64,000 nucleotides of DNA from Pirellulales bacterium (GTDB taxonomy: Bacteria; Planctomycetota; Planctomycetia; Pirellulales; PNKZ01): NCBI GenBank assembly GCA_049840675.1, contig JASGKB010000014.1, positions 190,330 through 254,329 on the forward strand, read 5' to 3'. The notes under the pieces were generated by a model. It was not told the DNA's origin. It ran no database searches and was given only the letters and a program-made list of their open reading frames with translations. Below, piece by piece: positions 56,385 through 64,000 of the stretch; within the stretch, counting starts at the first letter, position 1; every line of letters begins with the position of its first letter. The position numbers and the translations under genes were made by a program.

Positions 56385-57503
56385 CTACGCCGCTTCCGGC
56401 CGGAAAATATCGGCCGTAAGGTTCACCAGTTCACCAAAGCCCATCGCGTGAGCCTCACCGGCGAACGTCGGCACTTCTCCCGTCGGCCGCATTTCCCCCA
56501 GAATTCGCCCTCCAGCGTCGCGTCCGGAGGCGTAAAACCGGAAAATATCGCGAAAAGCGTATTGGTTCTTGTCGTCGAGGCCCAGCATTTCGCTGATGGC
56601 CTGCACGCGCCGGCTGCCGTCGCCCAGCCGGGCGATGTTCACTACCAGGTTCAAGGCCGACGCCACCTGCGTGCGGGCGACGTGGACCGGTAGGCCGACA
56701 TCGCTCATCAAGCAGAGCGTTTCGAGCCGTACGGCGGCGTCGCGCGGCGTATTCGCGTGAACGGTGCTCAATGAGCCCGCATGCCCCGAAAGCATCGATT
56801 GAATCAGGTCTAAAGCCTCGCCCCGGCGCACTTCGCCCACGACGATCCGGTCCGGCCGCATCCGTAGCGAGTCGACGAACAAGTCGCGAATCGTCACTTG
56901 CCCGCGTCCGTCAGGCCGCGGCGGCTGGGCTTCGAGGTAAACCGTATGCGGTTGGTTCAGCTGCAATTCGGAGCTGTCTTCAATGACGATGATGCGTTCG
57001 TGCTCGGGAATCGACGTCGAAAGCGCGTTCAGCATCGAGGTTTTGCCGGTGCCCGTGCCGCCGGCAATCACCATGTTTTTGTGCAAAATCACGCACAATC
57101 GCAGGAATTCGGCCGCCTGCGGGCTCATGCTCCCCTTCTGCACGAGCGAGTCGAGATTGAACGTCGACTTCTGAAACTTCCGAATCGAGATGCAGCAGCC
57201 CACTCGCGAACTGGGTGGGATGATCACATGCACGCGGCTGCCGTCCGGCAAGCGAGCGTCCATGCTGTGGTGATCCGCGTCGATCTGCCGATTGACGTAT
57301 TCCCCGATATTACGGGCCGCCGCCATTAAAGCCGCGGCGTCGGGGAATTTCAGATCCGCCCGATTGAGGCGCCCTGCCCGCTCGAAATAGATGTCGTCCG
57401 GCCCGTTGATGAGGATCTCGGAGACGGTCGGGTCGTCGAGCAGGGGCAGAACCGGCCTCAGAAAATGCCGCGTGGTCTCGCGGAAGATGTCGATCATGTG
57501 CAC
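56385..57503 (-). CDS. cpaF: Second, short CpaF/TadA ATPase (no FHA domain)
   Basis: LLDDPTVSEILING, MDARLPDGSR, GGTGTGKTS, IEDSSEL, LRMRPDRIVVGEVR, SGHAG.LSTVHAN. Confidence 0.92.
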   Translation of the reverse strand: MHMIDIFRETTRHFLRPVLPLLDDPTVSEILINGPDDIYFERAGRLNRADLKFPDAAALMAAARNIGEYVNRQIDADHHSMDARLPDGSRVHVIIPPSSRVGCCISIRKFQKSTFNLDSLVQKGSMSPQAAEFLRLCVILHKNMVIAGGTGTGKTSMLNALSTSIPEHERIIVIEDSSELQLNQPHTVYLEAQPPRPDGRGQVTIRDLFVDSLRMRPDRIVVGEVRRGEALDLIQSMLSGHAGSLSTVHANTPRDAAVRLETLCLMSDVGLPVHVARTQVASALNLVVNIARLGDGSRRVQAISEMLGLDDKNQYAFRDIFRFYASGRDAGGRILGEMRPTGEVPTFAGEAHAMGFGELVNLTADIFRPEAA

Positions 57504-57632
57504 GGGCGGACCTCGGCGGCGATAGCAAGGTGTCTTGGCGTTGGTTGTAACAAGCCCAGCGCCGCTGCGCTACGGAATGTTACAAGCCCGGTGCGATTCG
57601 TAGCCCTCGGCTTCGTTTTAGGAGAACTCAAC

Positions 57633-58028
57633 GTGACTCGCAAGTTTTTACATCGTGGTTGGAAACTGACCTTCGCGGCCGTCGTGGCCTTCGGAGTAAC
57701 CGGTGCCGGGCGTGCCGATGCCGGTCAATGCCATGCTCAAGGCGGCGGCGGATTCGGCGGCGGCAACGTCGGCGTGCCCGTCGGAGTAGGCACCCCGCAA
57801 GTTCCTCGTATTCCCGGCCTGCCTCAACTCACCGCCGGCAGCAACTTCCCGATCACCGTCGAGGCTGCGGTCGCGAAGCAAGCAACGCCCGTGAAGATCC
57901 TGGGCAACGCGCCGATTGCGAGCAAGGCGGAAGCGACGCCGATCGTAGTCGTGAAGCCTGCTCAAGAAACGCCGGCGAAGAACGTGTCGGCGCTGTCGAC
58001 CGTGGCCGATGCTCTAGCTCGCCGCTAA
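57633..58028 (+). CDS. Small secreted hypothetical protein (Gly/Pro/Ala-rich), divergent from the Tad locus
   Basis: AGGAGA ribosome-binding site before GTG 57633. Signal peptide ending ADA. Confidence 0.6.
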   Translation: MTRKFLHRGWKLTFAAVVAFGVTGAGRADAGQCHAQGGGGFGGGNVGVPVGVGTPQVPRIPGLPQLTAGSNFPITVEAAVAKQATPVKILGNAPIASKAEATPIVVVKPAQETPAKNVSALSTVADALARR

Positions 58029-58053
58029 CAAGATGGCGTCGGCAATGCCGCCG

Positions 58054-58551
58054 CTACTTTACCGTTCTCGATGCCGGTGGTGCGGCGAGCGTCGTCGGTG
58101 CGGCAGGTTTCAAGAACCTGTTGAGGGGAATGTTGTAGAGCGCGGCGCCGCCCGTTTGTCGCTTGCCGTCGACCGAGAGCGTGAGCACGCGAATCACGGC
58201 TTTGTCGAGAAACTCTTTACGGATTTGTACCTGTCCGGTGCGTTTGCCGTCGGCCGTCGTTTTCAGCGAGATCGGCGTCTTGGCGTCGTACGCGTAAGTG
58301 CCGCGAGTGATCTCGCGCAGAGCGACGACGGTAAACGAACTCACGGGCTTCAATCTTCCTTCGTCGATGAGCGTGAAGACGACGTTCACCTGATCGTTGC
58401 CGGCGTCGCTCAGCTGAACGTCGTATTTCAGCCCCCAGTCATCCTTAGAGGGGCCGAGCGGATAGTGAACCGCGCCGCAACGGCTGGTCAGCAGCAAGAC
58501 GGCCGTGAACACCGACAGACTCGTCGCCGCACGTAAAACACGATTGTTCAT
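58054..58551 (-). CDS. Secreted hypothetical protein
   Basis: 165-aa ORF, purine-rich ribosome-binding site, N-terminal hydrophobic signal, beta-rich body. Confidence 0.65.
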   Translation of the reverse strand: MNNRVLRAATSLSVFTAVLLLTSRCGAVHYPLGPSKDDWGLKYDVQLSDAGNDQVNVVFTLIDEGRLKPVSSFTVVALREITRGTYAYDAKTPISLKTTADGKRTGQVQIRKEFLDKAVIRVLTLSVDGKRQTGGAALYNIPLNRFLKPAAPTTLAAPPASRTVK

Positions 58552-59189
58552 CGGACGTTTTCCCTTTTGAAGGAAGTATGTGGAAGCGTTGAACGGCCTC
58601 TCATTGCGGCCTCATCGCGTGTGCGTTCGGGGGCATTCAAGCCGTCCTCGCGAAGCCGAGCAAGATCAATCAGGCGGCTAACTCGCCAAACCGTGACGTT
58701 GGAACGGACATTATTCCGCCTCATCTCAATGGGTAATCAAAATTTGGCCGGCGATAGCGGCGCTACGATCTCGTGGCCGAAGGCACTCCCTGGCATTCCG
58801 AGGCCTTTTTCACTCCGTGAAGATTTCGCGACCCATACGAATGCCGTCGCGAAGCACACGGTCACGATCTCCATCGCAACCCCGCGGCAAGGTTATGTCG
58901 GCGTCGAACGTCATCGACGCGCGGGCTCGGCGCTAACGCCTCTTTGCGCCGCTCGGCAACGACTCGATTGCGATCGACTTCGTGGGTAGGCATGGCGACG
59001 TGGTGACGAGCGATTTCGACATTAAGGGCCTTGATATGTTTACGGCTTCTTAATCGCCACGCCGCGCATCTTGATAAAGTTTTGATGCGCGCTTGGTGGA
59101 ATAATTTCTGACCGGCTCAACGAAGATTGACGTAGAAGATGCTTCGTCCTTACGATCGACGACGTCGTCGCAAATTCAAGAGTCGCGTC

Positions 59190-59543
59190 ATGGCTCGCTA
59201 CGTCGCACAACGCTTTCGTTTGCTCTTCGCGCTGCTCATGCTGAGCGGCATCGCGACCTGCGGACTTCATTCGACGGACGTGGCGTCGCGCTCCGGTGAT
59301 TACGTCATCTCCGACGACTCGTCCCAACCGGACGTTCCGCACCGCCGCGATCGCGATGAGGTGCGAGCCGCTTTTCGCAACTTGGAAGAACTCGCCGAGT
59401 GCGATAAGGCTTCGGCCGACGTAGCTCTCGCGTCCTCAAGCGGTTTGGTGATCTTAAACTTGATTCGTGGCGGCGATTCTTCGATTTGCGTCGCCGTTTC
59501 TTCGCCGACGCTGCAAGCCTGTCATACCCGTTTGCAGGTTTAG
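59190..59543 (+). CDS. Small hypothetical protein with N-terminal signal/TM; candidate leader peptide
   Basis: MARYVAQRFRLLFALLMLSG... ending PTLQACHTRLQV. Lies 140 nt upstream of exbB on the same strand. Start could be 59139. Confidence 0.45.
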   Translation: MARYVAQRFRLLFALLMLSGIATCGLHSTDVASRSGDYVISDDSSQPDVPHRRDRDEVRAAFRNLEELAECDKASADVALASSSGLVILNLIRGGDSSICVAVSSPTLQACHTRLQV

Positions 59544-59684
59544 TCGGGCTTCTCTTCGCACGCGTTCCTGCGCCTCGCTAGGCGCTCGTGAGGCGTGATC
59601 TCTTCCGAATTCGCGGCATTCGCACGCGCACACATATTCGTCCGTACCTGTCGTTGTCTCTGTCTTGCCTTCAGGAGCCGATTT

Positions 59685-60515
59685 ATGTCCGGCTATTCGC
59701 GGGTTGCCGTTCGTCGTTCGTCCGTCGTGGTCGTCTTCTGTCTCGCGTTCGTCCTGTTCGCCGGCTTCTTCAGTCATCTGGCCGCACAGGAGTCTTCTCC
59801 CTCGTCTGAGCCTGCCGCCGCGGTAGCGCATGCTGATTCCACAGAGAGTCCGCATCAGAAGAGCAAGTTCATGTGGTTCATTGAAAGCTCCGGTTGGATC
59901 GGTGCGGTGCTATTGCTGCTTTCGATGTACTTTATCGCTACGGTCAGTCGGCTGTTCTTCGAACTTCGGCTCGACAAGGAGATGCCTCCGGAAACCGTCA
60001 TTGACGTCAATGCGCTCGTCGATCAGCGCAATTTCCAAGGGGTCTACGACCGTCTCAAGGCCGACGACACGATGTTCGGCCGCGTCGCCGCCGCCGGGTT
60101 GGCGGAAATGAATTCCGGCTTGGAAGAGGCCCGCGGCGTCATGGAACGCGTCGGCGATTCGGAGACCGTCGATATGGAAAAGCGAATTAGCATGCTCGCC
60201 GTGCTCGGTTCGCTCGGGCCGATGATCGGTTTGCTCGGCACCCTCAAAGGCATGATCGCGAGCTTCGCCGTCATCGCACTCTCAGATACCCAACTCAAGG
60301 CCAGCGAGGTGGCCGGCGGCATTTCCGAAGCTTTGCTGCTGACGTTCGAGGGCGTGGCGCTGTCGGTGCCGGCCATCTACTTCTTCGCCGTGTTTCGCAA
60401 TCGCGTGGCTTCCATCAGCACGGCCGTCGTGCTGGAGGCCGACGACTTTCTGCGGCGCATCGTCAAGGTGACTCGTTCTGCCAAAGCCGCCGGGGCCGCG
60501 CCGGTGCGAGCTTAA
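59685..60515 (+). CDS. MotA/TolQ/ExbB proton channel family protein
   Basis: AGGAG ribosome-binding site. LGPMIGLLGTLKGMI.SF, AGGISEALLLTFEG..L.VPA. Confidence 0.92.
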   Translation: MSGYSRVAVRRSSVVVVFCLAFVLFAGFFSHLAAQESSPSSEPAAAVAHADSTESPHQKSKFMWFIESSGWIGAVLLLLSMYFIATVSRLFFELRLDKEMPPETVIDVNALVDQRNFQGVYDRLKADDTMFGRVAAAGLAEMNSGLEEARGVMERVGDSETVDMEKRISMLAVLGSLGPMIGLLGTLKGMIASFAVIALSDTQLKASEVAGGISEALLLTFEGVALSVPAIYFFAVFRNRVASISTAVVLEADDFLRRIVKVTRSAKAAGAAPVRA

Positions 60516-60569
60516 CGAGTCGTCGTCCTCATGGTCATCACCTTTCACATCTAACACACAGGACCGCCC

Positions 60570-61040
60570 ATGTCTGCCGCCAAAGACGGCGCGGAACCCG
60601 ACCTCACGCCGATTCTCGACATGGTCTTTCAGTTGATCACGTTCTTCATGCTGGTGATCAATTTCAAAAGCGCCTCGCTGGACATGTCGCTGAAGCTGCC
60701 GGTCGTCGGTTCCGCACGCCCGGTCGACAACCATGCTCAGGAAGACTTGTTGGTACTCAACATCAACTCATCCGGAAAGCTCAACGTTTACGGCGAAACC
60801 AAAGACGTCGATTCCTACATTTCGAGCGAAGCCCGCGCCGCGGCATTCGCCGCGAAGCGTGAGAATCGCGATTTCAAGTCGGGCGACGAGTTGCCGACGA
60901 TCGTCATCATTCGCGCCGACAAGACGACGCCGTTTCACTTGTTGAACCACGTCATCAAGACCTGCCAAGACAAGGGCTTTCGTCGGTTCGCGCTGAAGGC
61001 GATGAATCGTCACGAAGACAACGCAGGAGGAAAATCCTAA
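60570..61040 (+). CDS. ExbD/TolR family protein
   Basis: DLTPILDMVFQLITFFM (conserved Asp), IIRADK. Confidence 0.92.
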   Translation: MSAAKDGAEPDLTPILDMVFQLITFFMLVINFKSASLDMSLKLPVVGSARPVDNHAQEDLLVLNINSSGKLNVYGETKDVDSYISSEARAAAFAAKRENRDFKSGDELPTIVIIRADKTTPFHLLNHVIKTCQDKGFRRFALKAMNRHEDNAGGKS

Positions 61041-61555
61041 TGCGCCGCCATAAGAGACGCAGGTCGCAAGGCGACGTCGAACTCAACCTGGCCGCCATGC
61101 TCGATATGGCGTTTCAGTTGTTGACGTTCTTCATCTTCACCTTCAAGCCTTCGCCGATCGAAGGTCAGCTCAGCCTCCGTTTGCCTCCGCCCGAGCCAAT
61201 CGCGCAGGTTTCGCAAACTCAAGCTCCGGGCGACGACCCCGATGCGGCGCCCGCCGCCGGGCAATCGACGCTCGTGGTCAGCGCATTTGCCGCGCCCGAC
61301 GGACGTTTGGCCTTGATGCGGCTCGGCGAAGGTCCGGTCGGCGGCCTCGCGCAACTCGATTCCAAGTTGCACGAGGCTTTGCACGAGACCGGATCGCCGT
61401 TCGATCGCATCGTCGTGCAAGTCGCGCCGCAATTGAAATACGACGAACTCATGCAGATCGTCGACGTCTGCTCGCGACAGACATCGGCCGACGGGAAGCC
61501 TCTCAATCGGCTGAGTTTTCTCGAAATGTCCGATTCGCAAGTTCGTGCTCGATAA
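61040..61555 (+). CDS. Second ExbD/TolR family protein
   Basis: LNLAAMLDMAFQLLTFFIFTF, LKY..L.QIVDVC. TAATG overlap with the previous gene. Confidence 0.9.
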   Translation: MRRHKRRRSQGDVELNLAAMLDMAFQLLTFFIFTFKPSPIEGQLSLRLPPPEPIAQVSQTQAPGDDPDAAPAAGQSTLVVSAFAAPDGRLALMRLGEGPVGGLAQLDSKLHEALHETGSPFDRIVVQVAPQLKYDELMQIVDVCSRQTSADGKPLNRLSFLEMSDSQVRAR

Positions 61556-61573
61556 CTCCGCCGCCAAGCCCCT

Positions 61574-62563
61574 TTGTGGAAGGATGCTGATATGTTTCGC
61601 CGTCGACATGCTTTCGGCTCCGGATCTTCACGAAGCCCGCATCTGCGTTTGGCTTCAATGATTTGTCTGGCCGCCGTGCTCGGAATGATGATTGATCGAG
61701 CCCGTGATCCTTCCTTCTGGCACTGGCTTGCGCCCGACGAAGTCGCGACCGCTTCGACTTTGCCGCAAATCGAACCGTCGCAAGCGGCGTGGCAGGAGGC
61801 GGTCGTCCCCGGGCCGGACGATCGCGATGCCGAGCAACATGTGCTGGGTGAAAAGTTACTCGACGTCGTGTCCGACCGAGCCTCGATCGGCGTGGAAGAG
61901 ATGCCGGCCTATTGGCGGCTGATGAATTGGAGTCGAGCACAAACGTTTGCCGACCTCCAAGCCCGCGCGCGGCAGGACTTGCTCTTCTCGCAACTCTGGT
62001 CGCAGCCGGAGACTTATCGCGGCCAATTGCTGCAATTGCGGCTGCACGTTCGACGAGCCATCGCGCACGACGCTCCGAAGAATTCCGCCGGCGTTCCGCA
62101 AGTTTATGAACTGTGGGGTTGGACCGACGATTCGAAATCGTTTCCGTACGTCGTCTTGTGCAACGAGTTGCCGCCGGGCGTTCCGCTCGGGGCCGAAATC
62201 CGCAAGGAAGTCACGTTTGCCGGCTATTTCTTGAAGCTCATGGCGTACGAGGCCTACGACAAAGCTCGGGCCGCGCCGTTGCTGATCGGCCGTATTCAAG
62301 CTCTGCCGGACTTGCCTACGGCGTCCGTCGAACGGGGCCGCAACGGTCGCGAATTCTGGGGCTTCTTCGTTCTCGGCGGCGCAACGTTCTTAGGTGTTTG
62401 CCTTTTTTCGCGCCGCCGCAAACTGCCGACATCGCCGGAAGCAAGTCATGTTTTTGATCCGCAAGCATGGCAGCTCGCGCCGTCGTTCGCAGGTCTCGAC
62501 GATGTGAACTCGATCGATGTCGGCGAGGTTGCGTCATCAGATGCCAAGAACTCCGACGCGTAA
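61574..62563 (+). CDS. Hypothetical membrane protein (N- and C-terminal TMs, possible OB-like periplasmic domain)
   Basis: 329-aa ORF inside the operon. PETYRG..L, GYFLKLMAY, APLLIG. Start may be the ATG at 61592. Confidence 0.7.
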   Translation: MWKDADMFRRRHAFGSGSSRSPHLRLASMICLAAVLGMMIDRARDPSFWHWLAPDEVATASTLPQIEPSQAAWQEAVVPGPDDRDAEQHVLGEKLLDVVSDRASIGVEEMPAYWRLMNWSRAQTFADLQARARQDLLFSQLWSQPETYRGQLLQLRLHVRRAIAHDAPKNSAGVPQVYELWGWTDDSKSFPYVVLCNELPPGVPLGAEIRKEVTFAGYFLKLMAYEAYDKARAAPLLIGRIQALPDLPTASVERGRNGREFWGFFVLGGATFLGVCLFSRRRKLPTSPEASHVFDPQAWQLAPSFAGLDDVNSIDVGEVASSDAKNSDA

Positions 62564-62632
62564 TCGTTTCGCCCCCTATCTATGGTGCCGGCCGTCAGCC
62601 TTTGGGCACATCGAAACACGGAACCCTAGTCC

Positions 62633-64000
62633 ATGTCATCTGCTCAAGCATCTCAAAATTCTCCTCCATCCGCGGAGCCGGAAAGTGAAGAAGCCGTACC
62701 GGTCTGGTTGGAGACGGCCCGCGGCTGGTTCATCGAAGTCGGGGCGTGGTACGGCGTCAGCATGATCTTTCACATGACCGCGATCATCGTCGCCGGCTTA
62801 CTCCTGAGCGGCGCTTCGTCGACGCCGAAGAGTAAGGCTCCGACGTTCGATACGGCCCTCGATTCCGGCCCTGCGGACAACACGTCCGACTTACAAACGA
62901 TGCGTTTGGAAAAGCAGATCGTGCCGTCGCAGACGCTGGCCGTATCGTCGGGCCCGAGCGGCGGCGGGGCGGCTTCCTCAGGCGGCATTCAAGGCGGGAT
63001 TGCCACTTTGGTCGGCGGAGGCCTTGGCGGCGGAACAGGAAGCGGGAAGGGGCCGCGCCTCGGGCTGGGCCCCGGCTACGGTAATCGCGCCGGGAGCGGA
63101 ATGGGCATCGACGTCGGTGCGGTCAACGTCTTCTCGCAGGGGAGCGGAACATTGGCCGCCGCAGTGCCGACCGGAACGCTTGGCGACGGCCTTTCCACGG
63201 CGCAAGGCTACGGCGATGCGATGGATCGCATCACGCAAGAGTTACTCAACAGCTTGGCCAAGCAGAAGGTGCTCGTCGTCTGGATCATGGACCAATCGGA
63301 AAGTATGGCCGACGACCGCGGCGAGATTCGTGATCGCGTCGATCGGGTGTATCAGGAACTCGGCATCGCGTCGGCGATCGGCGGCGACGAACTTCTGACC
63401 GGCGTTGTGAGTTACGGCGCCGCTCCGCTGAATCACACGCCGCGACCGACGGCCAAGTCTGCGGAGATCATGGCCGCCATCGACGCCGTGCCGAACGATC
63501 CTTCAGGCCTGGAGATGCAATCGCAGGCAATTATGTATGCCGCACAGACGTTCGGCACGGTGGCGAAGAACGGTCGGCGAGCCATGTCGATGATTTTGGT
63601 GACGGACGAAAGCGGCGACGCCAACAGCAACATCAGCCAAACCGAAGCGGCCATTCAAATGTGCCGTAGCCTGAATTGCAAAGTTTACGTACTTGGGCGT
63701 GAGTCGGTGTTTGGTTATTCCTACGCTCATATGCGGTGGACCGATCCGCAGACTCGCACCGGACATTGGTTGCGCATTGACCGCGGCCCGGAAACGCCGC
63801 AGCCCGAGCAATTGCAAATCAACGGCTTCCATCGCCGTTGGGATGCCTTTCCGAGCGGCTTCGGGCCGTATGAACAATCGCGCATTGCTCGGCAAACCGG
63901 CGGCGTGTTCTTTATGTTGCCGAGCCCTGAAGTGCAACTCGTCGGGCGCCGAGCCGATTTGGTTTATGACGCGGATGCCATGCGCCCGTATCTGCCGGAT
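62633..64000 (+). CDS. Membrane-anchored von Willebrand factor A domain protein; 3' truncated, not in the ORF track
   Basis: Translated by hand from ATG 62633 through TM (WYGVSMIFHM), a Gly-rich linker and the MIDAS motif VWIMDQSESM. ILVTDESGD and the end (DAMRPYLPD at 64000) fall in the same frame. Confidence 0.85.
   Translation, partial: MSSAQASQNSPPSAEPESEEAVPVWLETARGWFIEVGAWYGVSMIFHMTAIIVAGLLLSGASSTPKSKAPTFDTALDSGPADNTSDLQTMRLEKQIVPSQTLAVSSGPSGGGAASSGGIQGGIATLVGGGLGGGTGSGKGPRLGLGPGYGNRAGSGMGIDVGAVNVFSQGSGTLAAAVPTGTLGDGLSTAQGYGDAMDRITQELLNSLAKQKVLVVWIMDQSESMADDRGEIRDRVDRVYQELGIASAIGGDELLTGVVSYGAAPLNHTPRPTAKSAEIMAAIDAVPNDPSGLEMQSQAIMYAAQTFGTVAKNGRRAMSMILVTDESGDANSNISQTEAAIQMCRSLNCKVYVLGRESVFGYSYAHMRWTDPQTRTGHWLRIDRGPETPQPEQLQINGFHRRWDAFPSGFGPYEQSRIARQTGGVFFMLPSPEVQLVGRRADLVYDADAMRPYLPD

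Noticed and set aside
41814..57503. Tad locus as a conjugative element, prophage or mobile island
   Set aside because: No VirB4, relaxase, integrase, phage genes or flanking direct repeats were seen. The ATPases, TadB/C and Flp genes point to a Tad-type system.
58567..58989. 140-aa plus-strand ORF in the gap before the leader candidate
   Set aside because: TTG start without a clear ribosome-binding site, no motifs, and composition typical of non-coding frames.

Overview
GC-rich bacterial chromosome segment, most consistent with Planctomycetota (DUF1501 protein, PPC-domain protein, OleA-type KAS III, ExbB/ExbD/ExbD/vWA operon, planctomycete-style palindromic repeats). More than 25 apparent frameshifts break otherwise normal genes, including essential ones (trpS, topA, nadE), so these are best read as sequencing indels, not pseudogenes. 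1-41.7 kb is mostly housekeeping and metabolism: Moco genes moaD/E/A with a cysteine desulfurase, HU, pyrD, trpS, a GT2/methyltransferase/GT-C glycosylation module, acpS, topA, glgB, a degenerate RNase H, PfpI, a c-type cytochrome, a PuuD-like protein without its catalytic Cys, oleA-nadE, LOG, NHL, GH5, old yellow enzyme, GNAT, PPC and DUF1501. The most striking part is a 15-gene minus-strand Tad/Flp-like pilus locus (41.8-57.5 kb). It has two CpaF ATPases (one FHA-fused), two near-identical atypical Flp pilins, a small pilin missed by the ORF track, no secretin or TadZ in the locus, a membrane FHA protein, and a transmembrane pseudokinase with Ig-like and TPR domains. Also notable: a cassette of dif-like 12-6-12 palindromes (~25.2 kb), a heptamer-built hairpin (~22.45 kb), and a candidate leader-peptide ORF before a TonB-less ExbBDD-vWA operon that runs off the right end. 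No rRNA, tRNA, CRISPR array or transposase was found. All calls come from motif recognition by eye; no database searches were run.
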